From positions 1 through 64,000 of the forward strand of contig JALJEE010001852.1 of assembly GCA_023231475.1 (NCBI GenBank): 64,000 bases of DNA. The letters are read 5' to 3'. Under the pieces are notes generated by a model, which saw only the letters and a list, made by a program, of their open reading frames with translations, had not been told where the DNA came from and did not search any database. Positions 27,001 through 42,001 of this stretch are shown piece by piece (position 1 is the first letter of the stretch; every line of letters starts with the position of its first letter). Source of the stretch: Seison nebaliae (Eukaryota). A program made the translations under genes and the position numbers.

Positions 27001-28176
27001 TTTTCCCAACTTCAACTTTAGTGACCTCGTTCATTTGTTCAAATAAACAATAAATTCTTTGAAATTTTTATTTACTATTACTATTTTTATATGCTCGATA
27101 TCCAACTACAACCTTACTCTCATTTAGTTTCAGTATATATTCATTATTATTAAATCATAAGGATATATTTCCATATGTTTGTTAAACAAAAAGGAAAAAT
27201 TTTGAAAAAAAAATATCGTAAAATGTATAATTTTTCGGAAAAACTCAAAGAAAAAGAGAAGTTATAACTTCTCTATATATTCTATATAAATATAAATATT
27301 CTCTATATAAAACTATAACAAGAGCAATGAAGTTTAATTATATTCTATATATATATATCCAATTTCATTTAAAATTTCACTAATTTCTATCTCATCTGTT
27401 AGGGAAAGATTCGTATAAACAATAACTAATTATTATGATAAAGGACGAAGGAACCATAATTGCAACATTATCTATTATATGTTAGATGAATGTCAAAAAA
27501 AATTTCGTACAGTTTCACTGTTTCATTTAAGTTTCACTAACGAAATAGATGTCATCCAAATTTATTGGTTTTTCTTGAAAAAATTTAATAAAAAATTTTT
27601 TGCGCGTAAAGAAATTAATTTAAATGAAGAATAGTCCTATTGCTCAACATTGGCGAATTAGTCATATATTTAGAATGAATACAATAATTTTATTAGTTGG
27701 TCAACTAATACTTGCTCGTATTATACGTAGACATTATTAACTTTGTGTAAATAGTTCGAAAGAAGTTGACACGTACAATATTCACTCGTTTTCATTTAAC
27801 AATTTTTCAACAGAATCTTATTTCAAATATATAGAGAATGAAATAAGAGAAAATTTGTATTAATTAGTTTAATTATTAATAACAATTTCCAAACAATCAA
27901 TCAGAAGGAAAATAACATAGAATATGAACATTGTTGGAAAGAGATGCCTAAGATTTTCTTCAGTTTTTCTATATTTTTGAAAAAAGTTTTTTGTAATTTT
28001 TTTCAAAATTTAAGTTTGATAAATTATTAACCAAAAAATTCATCATAATTATTTATATACAGTTTCTCAATTGAATTAAGATATTTTTCTTTCACAAATT
28101 TTACTTTTTAGAATTGATTTTTGGGGGGGAGAAGAAATTGAGAAGATTTTTCGATTATCAGTTAATTTGAAAACAA

Positions 28177-28779
28177 ATGAAATTGTTCAGTCTCCAATTG
28201 TATTATCGATCACCAACAACAAATGATGGATCGAGTAAATTGATTCGTGGATCTCATGAGCTCTCTTCATTCGGTTACTTCCAACGAACAACAGCGAAAG
28301 AACTTCTCGTGTTCACAGCGAAAGTAGCAATCGAACGAACAGAATTAGGAAATCGAGTAAGTGTGGAACAATCGCCTTATACTGGACACATTTATTGTCG
28401 TCCTGATGGATTATGTGGAGCAGCAGTTACAGATTCGGAATATTCAGAAAGAATTGCTCATACCATTATCTCATTGATTATGGAAGAATTCTCGAAAATA
28501 ATGCCACCATCAGAATGGCCATCACAAAATTTGACGGAATGGGAGAAAATGGACGAACTTTTAATGAAATATCAAGTACCGGATGAAGCTGATCCGTTAC
28601 TGAAAATGGAGAAGACTTTGGGTGAAACGAAGACCATCCTCCACAAAACCATTCAATCTTTATTGGATCGTGAAGAAAAGTTGGACGATCTGGTCGGTCG
28701 TTCCGAGCAACTGAGTGTACAATCCAAATTATTCTATACGACAGCCAGGAATACAAATAAATGTTGTAAAATGTTTTAA
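28177..28779 (+). CDS. YKT6: Synaptobrevin homolog YKT6 (longin R-SNARE), intronless
   Basis: LSSFGYFQR, EADPL, ETKTILHKTIQSLLDREEKLDDLV and a C-terminal CCKMF prenylation motif. Confidence 0.96.
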   Translation: MKLFSLQLYYRSPTTNDGSSKLIRGSHELSSFGYFQRTTAKELLVFTAKVAIERTELGNRVSVEQSPYTGHIYCRPDGLCGAAVTDSEYSERIAHTIISLIMEEFSKIMPPSEWPSQNLTEWEKMDELLMKYQVPDEADPLLKMEKTLGETKTILHKTIQSLLDREEKLDDLVGRSEQLSVQSKLFYTTARNTNKCCKMF

Positions 28780-28843
28780 CAAATAAATTTTATAATTATC
28801 ATTTCCTCTCGTCATATGTGAAGAATGAATGAAAATCTCGATT

Positions 28844-30133
<1,290 letters not shown>

Positions 30134-32106
30134 TCAGCCTTATTTTTAAACAGTTCGCTAACTTAGAATTAATGTGACGTAGAAATTTGATGGGAGGAGG
30201 AGATGTTCTCCCGCGAGAACATTATCAATGAACATTTTACATTGATGATATGAGGGTAGTAGAGATTCGATCAAAAATTAAAAGTATTAAATGCACAATC
30301 AATTAATGGAAACGACTGGGAGATTTATTGGGGGAAATCAGTCGAATAACTTTCACCCATTCGAAAACCTAACGTTTCGATCGTTCCACAAATCGTGACG
30401 TCGACGACGACGACGACGACGATGAAAACGTTTATTTTTATCGATGATATTTTATGCTCCTATAAAGTTGGACGTTCATGAGTTACCGATGAAGGAAGTT
30501 AATCAATTCAGCAAATTCGTTTGATAGACAATGATCGTGAGATGGGGAAGATCGCTCATCAAACAAGTGAAAGTTATCTAGTTCAAATGTCATTTGACAC
30601 GTGTTATTTATTCTCAGAAATTATATTTCTCCTTTTTTGTTTTATGTAAATTCTCTTTTTCCCCTCAAAAAGAAAGAACGGGAACTTATTGTCAAATGTT
30701 TGTTTTCATAATGATGCTCATGATTATTATTAGGAAGAGTACCAATAATAATAATAATAATAATAATAATAATTCCATTTCCAACCAATGTATCTTACAC
30801 ATGTCCTTTGTCGTTGTGCATTCGGGTCGCCATACGTGGGTGTATGTGAGTGTGTATGTGAAGAGAATTATAAAAATAGTACTAGTTCGGGAGAAGAATT
30901 AGAGAAAAGTTTTAATTTCGAAAAGAAAATACTTCTCCTAAATTTCTCAATAAAACTTGTTATGCGATTCGTAATGCGCAATTCATTCATTTTATATACA
31001 CTCTCACAAAGTTACATGTCATTACACTAACAAACATTACCCTCATCACAATCTTTTCACATATGTACCCTTCTTCATATGATATAATTAGAATTATATT
31101 ACATTTATATGCGTCCACCAATGTATTGATGTACGTTCGTGTATTCATTTGTGTTTCGGTTTCCGTGTACGTATGTGTATCTATGTTTATATGCGTGTGT
31201 TTGTATGTGTATGTTAATTAAAATCATTTGTCTTCTGTAATCTAAATATATACGTACATGCTAATATATACGTAACCTTATGGATATAAAAATGGACGAA
31301 TTACACAAGAGTTGTATGGATCAAAAGGAAAATTATTTACGTAGATTGGTTGAGGGTTGGATGAAGGAAGAAAAATAGAATTTTTTTATCAATCTTTACG
31401 ATTTTCAATTTTTTATGTTTTCTTCACCATTTGGAAGTGTTGTGCGCGTACGTATATATTTTCTATTCTATCGACGGAATCATCAATGCAATAAATTGCC
31501 ACTTTCTTTTCTTCTCTTTGTTCCCACTCAATGTCACTGCACTGACTGCCCACCAAATTCTCCTCCTCTCTTCCTTTATTTCATTTCATCCATCAAATTA
31601 ATCTTCTCTTCTAATCGTTAGCATTTTCATCGGACGACAATGCAAAGACACTTTCTATTGTCGATATGAGAAGAGTGTAGATCGAATGTGAAAGGAGAAT
31701 AAATGTTCTCGTGAAATTATTTCCGAATTATTTCTAATTTAAATTAGAAAAATTTTGAACTCTAATTTTTTTCAATTGAATTTTTAGATTATTTTATTTT
31801 TTTTTCATTTTCATCATTCCATTTTCACGATCAGCAATATTCCTCAAACATCTTACGACTCCTCTTCCTACCGTCTCCAGCCACGAGCACCAGTTAGACC
31901 TGTTAGTTTTTTTCCTCCGTTTCTTCCTTTTCATTCCGCTCGTGGAAATTGGAATTTCTTCCAATGGAAATCACATTGTGGACGATTGATGTTCTCGCTG
32001 TGCAATTGATCGATTGTCTGTATTTCCATACTGATTATATATGAAAGAAAATAAAATAATTTCCGTTTCTTTTCTCTTTTTCTCCTTATTGCCAACTTGA
32101 AGATAA

Positions 32107-33364
32107 ATGTTGATTAAAGAATAGTTACAATTTTCTTCTCCTTAAGAAATTTCATGAAATTTTTAATATTCTTTTATTTTACATCTTTCCACCCTTGTCC
32201 AGTCGCGTCATACTTCCATTGACTTTGGAAGAGTATCAGATCGGACAATTGTACTGCACGGCGGAAGCTAGTCGTGAAAATACTGGTGGTGGCGAAGGCA
32301 TTGTTGTGGAAAAGAATGAACCGTTTACTGATAAAAAGGATTTATTCGAAGGATATACTTCTGGTCAATATACTTACAAAATCTATAAAATGGAAAGGTT
32401 TCCTTCTTATCATACACATATACACACACATATATATATATATATATACACACACATACACACACACAAACACATTTTCATCTCTCGCTCTATTTAGTAA
32501 AGTTCCAGCATTTGTCAAAGTCTTCATTTCACCAGGACGTCTAGATATACATGAGGAAGCATGGAATGCCTATCCCTATTGTCGTACTGTGTTGAAAGTT
32601 CTTCTATTCTCCTCCTCTTATTCTCACTTCAACATCTCCTTCAAAAGAATCCCGGTTTCATGAAAGATGATTTCGAATTAAAAATTGAAACTCTTCACGT
32701 CCAAGATGGAGGCCTATTAGAAAACGTTCAATTTTCTCCCTTCTATTGCTCTTCATCTCCATTTGTAGGCACATCAATTGTCACCAGTTCTCTTAAAGAA
32801 GCGAGACGTGTCTACTATCGATATCTCAAGAGATCATATTCCCAAACATGTTCACTTCATTTTCCCATTTCCTCCAATTATATTCATTCGATATTGAAGG
32901 ATTATAAGGCGGACGAAGATCCGGGAAAATTCCAATCGACAGTTGTTAATCGAGGACCTCTCGGTCCCAATTGGATTGATGAATATCGTGCAATTGCTGG
33001 TACTTCAGCTGCAGAAGGCAAACCGTTAATGTGCGCATATAAACTGGTAACAGTCGAATTCAAAATGTTCGGATTTCAGAATCGCGTCGAGAAATATGTC
33101 ATTAATGTTTAAACGAAATTTTCTTTTTCTTCCTCCAATTGTCGTTGAAAAAAGGCTGAACAACGTCTCTTTACCACGTTCCATCGGAAAGTTTTCTGCA
33201 CCATTGACAAATGGCATGGGAAGACAATACAAGACATTAGAGAATTAGAAAATGAGACGAAGGCAGCACTGGAAACAGTTCGATTTGTATTCTCTCTTTC
33301 AAATTCACTTCTATCTTTTCAGACGTTGGATAAAGGAGAAAAGCGTGGAATGATCGTGGAATAA
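32107..33364 (+). CDS. Class I phosphatidylinositol transfer protein (PITPNA/B-like), 8 exons
   Basis: [50 protein letters not shown] and FHRKVFC. Seven introns: 32124-32202, 32398-32497, 32598-32647, 32726-32768, 32850-32899, 33107-33154, 33278-33322. Confidence 0.96.
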
Positions 33365-34015
33365 AATGAGCAAATATCTACAGTAAATTATTTGTAATAG
33401 TTAATGGCAATCGACTAATTTTATTGTTTGTTGCAAAAAGATGAAAGTTAACTTAATTTCCCATAAACAGAAACTATTTGAAATTTTTTATTATTTTCAT
33501 CAAATTTCTTGTTCTTCGACTTCTTGTTTCTTTTAACACATTAAAAATTTTAGAAATGTGACGTCATTTTGATTCGTTTGATTTGGGCTCTCTATTTTTT
33601 TACTAGACCGTTCTCGCTGACCGAAAATGGTTCCATCCTCCAGAAATGTTGTTTCACGAATTTATTTCATATTCTCCTCCAATTTTTCCTTCCTCCCCAC
33701 TTCCTAATCGTCATCCGTCATTTGAATATGATATTTAATTTTTATGAATTAGTAAAAATTTATTTATTGTTATTCCTCATATTCTTCTCCCTCATGGGAA
33801 TTTTATTAAAATTAATCGAAACTTATTCGAAAGATTAAATTTAATGGAAGGAGAAATTGGGAAATTTTGTATATTTTCATTCTATTCCGATTTATCATCT
33901 GAATTTGATGATGTTTATGAATTGTGTACAAGAATTTATTGAGATAGTGAATGGAAAAGAAAATAAATAAATAGAATTGGAATTGGGAAAAATTTGTGTA
34001 ACTCTTCTGATGATT

Positions 34016-34352
34016 CTAGTGCCAACTCAACGTCTGACAGAGTGAAAGATCTCGTTCATTTTTTGATAATTGTTGTAATTGGATATCATTAATGAATTCC
34101 TCAGATAAATCGTGATGTTGTTGATGATTGTGATGGAATGGAGATTGTGTTTGTGGAACGTGATGATTCGTCTTCTTTTTCGTTTTCTTCGTTTTACGAC
34201 GTTTTAATCGTTGAATTTCCGATGATGTTCCTGCAACTGTTGTTGTTGTTGTTGTTGATGATAATGTGGTTGCTGTAGTCGATCGATTATGATGTTGCTT
34301 CAATTTTTTTACTCTCTTCTCTGCTCCACTTTTTATGATTCTTATTGGTAAC

Positions 34353-34383
<31 letters not shown>

Positions 34384-34707
34384 GCTGTATTGGAAATATT
34401 ATTTCATGTCTTTCTTTACAATGTTGGAGAGGAGGAGGAGGTGGATGATGATGATAAATAGAAGATTGTTGTTGTTGATTATCGTTGCATGTGACGGAAG
34501 ACATAGATGTCGTTGAGAGGATGGATAATGGCATTTTTTGAAGAATTACATAATCACTTGATGATAATGCTCCTGTGTCATTGACAGTTAAAACATTTCC
34601 ATTAGATGTCGATAGAATTATATTCGTCAATTGATTTGGATAATTTTCACTAATCTGATTCGGATTATGTGAGACTAACAACGATTGTCCAACTGCATCA
34701 TCTCCAC

Positions 34708-34741
<34 letters not shown>

Positions 34742-37399
34742 GTTATTGTTGTTATTGAATGGATAATTCATGTTACATTCATATAAACGATTATCATTTT
34801 CACAATCATCATTTCCACCGTTTTCATGATACAATTTATGTTGATACGAATCGTCTTTCGACACATTCGTCGGAGAAGTGAGTAATGAATTAAAATGATA
34901 ATATCGACAATCTGACATTGATCGGAGAGGTTGTTTTCTTTCCGTTTGCAAATCGGTTTCATTCAAATATAAACCGAATTTCTCCAGACTCTGTTCTACT
35001 TCTTTCGTAACACTTGCTGCCGCTACATAAGCGATCTGTTTCATTCCATGAACGAAGAAATCATTAAGACATGATTGAATCACTGGTGCCACACAATTAT
35101 CCATTAAATTATTCGATTGCTTCTCATTCATCATACTATTATCATACAAATCGATATTATCATCTTCATTTTCACTTTCATAAATCGTCGGACGATTTTG
35201 CAAATATTTCTTATTCGTGTTATAAGATATTTCTTGATCGACGTTTCCTCGACGATAATGATGATTATTCTTCAAACTCTTCTGGATATCACTCAAATGA
35301 GGCACATTCGACGAGATTGAATACCGTTCTTCTTTCTGTCCTTTTCCATCATCTTTCTCTCCCAATTGTTGAAATGGGAATGAACATTTCGTTTTCTCCA
35401 AATGTTCACTCGTCATTCTCGAGTTACTTATCAATCTTTCTTTCCGTTTCTTTTTCATAGCAGTCGAATGCATCAATTCATTAATAACAGCATTCTGACA
35501 ATAAATCGTTCGACTATCGACTGGTAATTCGTTACAATAATTCTTCACCGTCGTTACGTCATTTGGAAGAAAATAATGATTTGGTGATTTATCACAATTG
35601 GATTTGAATTCAACATTTTCTTCCGATTTCTGTCTCTTAAAATTATTCGTCATGTCATTCCGATATTCTGATATTCTTCTATTTTCCGTCATTGATGATG
35701 GTATTTGATTTTTCATATTTAATTGAAAATAATCATCATCGGAATGTATTTTATTATTTTGCGAGACTGTTGTTATTGTTGTTGTTGTGGTGGTGGTAGG
35801 AGGAGGTGTCACATGAGTGGAAGAATGATTTGAATATTTTAAGTTTTTATTACAATTATTCATATTCCCTTGTAACATGATACCACTGTCTTTGTTACTG
35901 CTGAGTGGACTGTTAGAGATTTGTTTCTCCGAATGTTTATTAATATTGAAGGAGCATCGATCGAATTTTAAGGATGATTCGGAACATAATGATGATGATG
36001 ACGATGAAGAAGTATTCGTTGAAGATGTTAAGGACATGGAAGGATTTCTCAGCCATTTCCTTTTCGGTAAAATATTCTCTTCATCTATTCGTTGAATTTG
36101 GAAGAAGGGTTGATTGGAATTAATTAATCGATCCTGATTCCGATTCAGACTATTAATACTATCTGTTACATTAATTTGTTGTAACTTTATCAATTTATAA
36201 GGAGAAAGATGATGTAGTGGTGGTTTATCTTCACCAACAAATGTCGAAACTAAATTATCAGAATCGGTTGATGGAAATAAATTACTTTTTAATTGAATCG
36301 ATGACTTCTCAATTTTCTTCCGATTATGATTATTGTTGTTATTGTTGTTGTTGTTGTTGTGATTATTCTTCTTTAAACATTTCGTTTCTACATGAATATT
36401 CGTTCGGATATTACTAGTCGACAAATCTTTCTTATTTCTTCTCAAATCTTTTGTACTCATTAATGGATCTGTTGTTTGTTGTTGACTCAATTGACCATTA
36501 TCTACTATGGAAATCGTGGAATCGGATATATTAGACATTTTATCTTTTTTACCCGAAACTTGCTCACCATCAGATAATGATTCCGTATAACTGCTAGCTA
36601 TCGATGTGATGAATGGAGAGATGAATTGTTGTGATGGTTTCTTCGATCGATTAATCGGACTCAAATAATTCCGTTTCACAAAATGTTCATAAGTTCTTGA
36701 TGCTTTCTCCTTCCGCCGAATGAGAATTCTAGAAAACATTCAAATTATTATAATCTTCTCAATCATTATGAAATTACTAAACCGGATGATATGACTCAAA
36801 TAAGCGATCGATAAGAAAACCATCAACACCAATAAGATGATGGCACCTGTGATAAATATACTGCGGAGAAATTCTTGTTGTTCCATTTTCTTCATTAATT
36901 TCGTGGGAATTTCATTCATCGAATTCATTGTAATCATTGTGGAATTAGTATCGCTTTTTATTTCCTGTGAATTATTCATTGTTGTCCTGTCTACCATCAT
37001 TGTAGTGAAATCATCAGTAGTTGATAGAGAAGAAATTCCTGAATAAGTTTTTGTCAAATTTGAATTGAGGTATTTGGTTCCAGCACGATTGTTTGTTTGC
37101 TGCAAATGAATGGATGAGAGGACTTCGTTCAAATCGCTAATACGATGAGGAATGACTCGTTGTAAATGTCGAAGATTCGACGTATAATTATTCACTTCTG
37201 GTACAATATTATTAAGTAGACGACGAATTGATTTGTAGTTAGGGAGATTTTTCGTTTGATTAAAATAATTAATTTTTATATTGTTGTTGTTGTTATTTGG
37301 ATGATTGTTATCGTGATGATTTGTCAGATAATAATTAATTGGATAATTAAATGAATTTGTTGAATTTTCATCGACATTCTCTTTCATCAGCAGAATCAT
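34016..37399 (-). CDS. Uncharacterised single-pass membrane protein with long low-complexity tail
   Basis: Two same-frame ORFs are joined by a 54 nt intron at 36729-36782 (GTTTAG...CTAG) that contains the intervening stop. A TM segment IFITGAIILLVLMVFLSIAYL is followed by basic residues. Confidence 0.65.
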
Positions 37400-38812
37400 T
37401 GTTCAGTCATGTTTTAACAGATACCTTCCATAAATGTGGATTGTTCAGTGAGGAGAATAATGGAGAAGAAGAAACATTTCAAATTTCCTGTAGACTTGAC
37501 CCGAATTAGTATTATAAATAGTTTGAATAAATAGACAACTGATCGCCAAAATAATGATAAGTCCAAATTCATCCGTTCAATTCTCTCTCATCTAATTCCC
37601 TTTCATATTCCACTACTCACTCTGATTCTATTTCACAAAGAAGAACAATTACAAGAAGTAGAATTATCATTCACAACAATTCCAATATGAAATTTCCCTT
37701 AATTATTTTAACTAAATCTCCAACTAAAGGAAAGTTTTGTTGATAGAACGGAGAATTGACCGATTCACCATTCACACTCATCACACGAAAGAAATTCTTC
37801 TATTTCTTCAATTATTCCACTTACCGGAAGAATGTCTTTCCGACCATTATGAATCATGAAATATTCAATTAATTATATCATCAATCAATGGACAAATGAG
37901 TGACAATATGATAAAAAAGATGTGGATGATTACAAGAGAAGATAATGGAAATTCTCCAACTTTCTCTACTCATTTCATTCTCTCCATCGTCATCATTGAC
38001 ATGTGATGGAAGAAGATATGGAGATATACTGTCCGTTAAATGTGTGGAAGGGGCGGATATCTTCACATTTCTAATCACATATTGACCTGATTATCTTACC
38101 GTTTTCTTACTTCTTCTTCTCACCATCAACTTCACCATTCCCAAATGGTCGAGAGAAAGGAAAATAGTGGAAATTTCAAATAATCTCATTCATCGATTAA
38201 TCGATTTATTGAATAATTAGAATGATTCTCCCAGAACACGATTTACAGAAACTTTTAATCTTATAAATTATGTATTTCATTCTGTTCACTTCAATTCAAC
38301 GAATTCTCTATTTCTATTTCATCTGATACTATTAGTCTGATTAATCAAGAATTGATTAATTCATTCTGATCAATAACAAATTAGTTAGAGGAGACGGAGA
38401 GTAACGAATGAATAATCATTATTTGGGATGAAACGGTCGATAGTCACCGTGAGATTAGAAGTAGATGTTCATTTTTCATAAAATCTCGAACGAACTTTTT
38501 CATTTTCTCAATTTCTTTAGTAAATTTATGTTAGTTCCTTCTTCCCACCAAACCTGTACTTAGATACGATGATCATATCCACCGGAAAACTAGTAGCATC
38601 TTCAACAAACAATGAACGAAAGAAAATTGAGACATAACGTAAATAAAAGAAGAACCAGGAAAACATGTGGACGGTTAAATCGGAACGGAAACGCAATCGT
38701 CAACTATCTTCCTTCGTTCCAATCTCGCTCTCTTCATCGGAAGCAGTCAACACATATTTATTTTATGTTGACAATTTCCATGTTTATGAATCATCTCTCC
38801 TGAGTCTAGGTG

Positions 38813-39140
38813 ATTTGGTAGAAGGGACTATTTGGTAGACCGACAATTTGATAAACGGAGATTTGGTATATCGACCATTTGGTAGACGGGACTATTTGGT
38901 AAACCGACCATTTGGTAGACTGTATTAGGTAGAACCGTATTTTTAATGAGCATAATCCTTTTGAATGATCCAAAATTTTTGGAGCAATTTAAATGTGAAA
39001 TAAGAAAATATCTACATGTATTTCCCATACGGAGTCTACCAAATGGTCGGTCTACCAAATCTCCGTCTACCAAATTGTCAGTCTACCAAATTGTCGGTCT
39101 ACCAAATAGTCCCGTCTACCAAATGGTTCGTCTACCAAAT
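38813..39140. mobile_element. Foldback-like non-autonomous element: two inverted arrays of a 15-17 nt tandem unit
   Basis: Eight ATTTGGTAGAC-type units (38813-38940) and seven inverted GTCTACCAAAT units (39027-39140) flank a spacer of about 85 nt. The repeat is certain; the transposon identity is inferred. Confidence 0.6.
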
Positions 39141-40528
39141 GTCGTTTTCCCATCCCTCCTCTATCATAACAAATCCATCATCACATCTGATCACTATTCT
39201 GATAAAGACTTATCGAGTCATATCTCTATATTATCTCGAATAACATGTGAGAGAGAAGTGGTGGTGGTGATAGTAGTGGTGATGGTGGATAACAAAGAAC
39301 CAGAAAAGAACGAAGATAGATTGGAAGAGATATGTGGTGTGAAATATGGGATGATGTCGAGATTAATTGAATGGAAATTATTTAAGAATCGATAATAATT
39401 CATTGATGAATTAATTGAAAATTTCTTTTATCAGTAACTTTTCATTTATTTCATCAAAGATATGTGATAAATGTATTGACCGTTGACCGATTTCTTATAT
39501 ATGTTATTGTTACAAAATACAACTTCTTTCTCTCGATTCCCCCTACAACATTATGCAATTCTCTTCCTTTCTATTCAAAGTTTTCTCTCCTCTCTCGCGT
39601 GTGGTGGGGAAGTAAAATTTATTGTATAATCTCGCTAGTCTTATCTCTTATTGGTGGTGGTGGTGGTGGTAGTCAGTCGGTCTTCTAGTAATAATGTTTA
39701 TCATTTGTTCGACGGAACAGAAGAATAGTCAAATGGGATAAAAAGGTGGATGAAAGAAACGTAACGAAAGTTTGTGAAATTGCAGCGAAGGGAGAGACGA
39801 GGCAACCCATTCTCTCAAACAATGTTTTCTTTCAACTAAATCTTCGACAATAGAAGAAGGTGGGAGAGATATCTGAAGTCTTCTTCTACATATATATCGC
39901 TAGTCATTCATTTTTTTTCTCTCAAATCCATTCACTTATTTGTAGGTCGATCGTATAGAACGGACGGGAATTGTTGCGGGAATCAGTCGTTATGAGATGA
40001 ATCGATTTACCTTATTTCCATTCTCTTCGGCAGTAAACAAATAAACGGTTCAATTGAACGAACTGAATAATGAGAAAAGAACAGTAACGTAAAGAATAAA
40101 GTATTCGAATGAAAAGGTAAGAATGTCGAATTATTTAACTCCACGAAAATCAGATATTATTTACTGGATATTATCCAGTCAAAAAAAATCGAAGGATCCA
40201 AACACATTCTCCTTACACTTTATTCTAGTACTGAAACGACCATAAACTGAACAATTTAAACTAAATTCTCTTAAAGTTGATAATAGGGAGAAATGTCGTT
40301 TTGTTGAATAATTATTCATTTATTATCAATTATGTGGAAGGAAAAAGAAAAGTTAAATTTTTTAACAAATGTTAATTGTCTGATCTAAAATTTGGAATAT
40401 GATTTTCGTCATTCTTCGTTCACGATTCATCTTCAACTAATTCCAACCTTCCGCCAAGTTTTTCCTTTTACTTCCATATAGGAAATGTTGTCAGATGGAG
40501 AAAGGTCAATTCTCCAACATCGAGAAAT

Positions 40529-42001
40529 TCATTCTTGCTGTTGTTGTTGTTGATTATGATGATGATGATGATGATGATGTTGTTGTTGGGTATGTCGATA
40601 GAAGAGAGTTTGGTGGAATGATTTGCTTTTTTCTTGTTGTTCGTCATGTTGTCGCATCAGTTTGACCAATTCATAGAGAAGATAAGTGATGTTGATATGA
40701 TAGAGAGCGGAACATTCGATATAATGTATGTTCCATGTGGCACGAACGAATGTCGCGATAGTTTTCGGTTCAAATTTCTGAGGATATTCAACATTCACTC
40801 TCGATTTGACATGAAGCATCGTACGGAAATTAAAATCGTTCATCGTCACAGCCACACGTCCACAATAGACCGAATAATTATTTTTATTCAATATTGGAAG
40901 TTTGAATTTGGAGGATTTGGAATTCTTCGATCTCATCGACAACATATTAGTGAAACGGTTCTTCGGCTCACCATCATTCTTCTTCTCCTTCTTGGATAAT
41001 GGAGATGGTCGAATAACGGTTTCCCGAAACCACTTCGATTTATAATTGATGGATCGACATACTTTTGGAATTAAAATCTTCTTATTATTTCTGCGATTCT
41101 TCAAATCGATATCTAACAGAACATCTAGATTAACCGTATTTCTCGATCTATTCGTCAATCGTCGGAAATATGGCGAAGGAAATACTCCGGAAATTAATTT
41201 GGACAATTTTGTAAAAAGATTAATTCGATTTGATGTCAATCGATCTCTTGGATTTTCGACTGATTTATCTGATTTTTGCCTACTGTTCGTCAACGACCTC
41301 TCATAAAGTTTATCAAGTTTATTTCCAATAATAAGAATTTTCGCATTCAATTCCAACTCCTTCAAATCATAATAGATATCGGAGAGATGACGGAAAGATT
41401 TCGGATCATTCAAATCGTAGATGAGACATATGATATTACACTGATAAATCGAATGAATAAGTTGGACGTGGAGGGAGAAGTCATTCGGTTCAGATCTCTC
41501 ACTATTTCTGGAAGTGGAAACCGAATTGATTATTGTTCGATTTTCGTTCCATTTCTTCTTTCGTATTCGACGTCTTCTACGAATGGTGAGATTGGAATGT
41601 TCTTGTTCCTGTTGTTCATGATGTTGTTTCGATAATTCATGGGAATAAACCGAAAGATAATTCAACAGATACGAATTATAATTCCATGAAATTAATGATT
41701 GATTATTGTTGTTGTTGTTGTTGTTGTTGTATGTTGTATGTAGATTAGATGGCCACATAAAATCAATGAGATTTAAATGAATGGTGTTAGTTGAGGAGTA
41801 AATAGTAAAATGAGTTGATGAGTGTTTATCAGTTTTGGTGATGATGTTTGTTCCTAAACATTCGATAATCTTATGGAAAAGCGTCGTCTTTCCAACGTAT
41901 GTCGGTCCGATGATTCCAACAGTCAAATACTCTTCATCGTTCGATATATCATTAATGTGGTTGGAGGAATCATTCGTTATGGAGGAGATGCCATTCGCCA
42001 T
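40529..42001 (-). CDS. Ras-like small GTPase, RASL10-like, with large insertions
   Basis: P-loop GPTYVGKT, LIYDLNDPKSF, IIGNKLD and VRATWNIHYIECSALYHINITYLLYEL, which resembles the RASL10 C-terminal G-domain. Confidence 0.7.
   Translation of the reverse strand: MANGISSITNDSSNHINDISNDEEYLTVGIIGPTYVGKTTLFHKIIECLGTNIITKTDKHSSTHFTIYSSTNTIHLNLIDFMWPSNLHTTYNNNNNNNNNQSLISWNYNSYLLNYLSVYSHELSKQHHEQQEQEHSNLTIRRRRRIRKKKWNENRTIINSVSTSRNSERSEPNDFSLHVQLIHSIYQCNIICLIYDLNDPKSFRHLSDIYYDLKELELNAKILIIGNKLDKLYERSLTNSRQKSDKSVENPRDRLTSNRINLFTKLSKLISGVFPSPYFRRLTNRSRNTVNLDVLLDIDLKNRRNNKKILIPKVCRSINYKSKWFRETVIRPSPLSKKEKKNDGEPKNRFTNMLSMRSKNSKSSKFKLPILNKNNYSVYCGRVAVTMNDFNFRTMLHVKSRVNVEYPQKFEPKTIATFVRATWNIHYIECSALYHINITYLLYELVKLMRQHDEQQEKSKSFHQTLFYRHTQQQHHHHHHHHNQQQQQQE

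Noticed and set aside
36737..36742. Stop codon directly followed by ATG between two same-frame ORFs, suggesting readthrough or reinitiation
   Set aside because: A 54 nt GTTTAG...CTAG intron (36729-36782) removes the stop.
38813..39140. CRISPR-like repeat/spacer appearance
   Set aside because: Repeats are about 11 nt, spacers are only 3-6 nt and reused, the two arrays are inverted, the context is eukaryotic and there are no cas genes.
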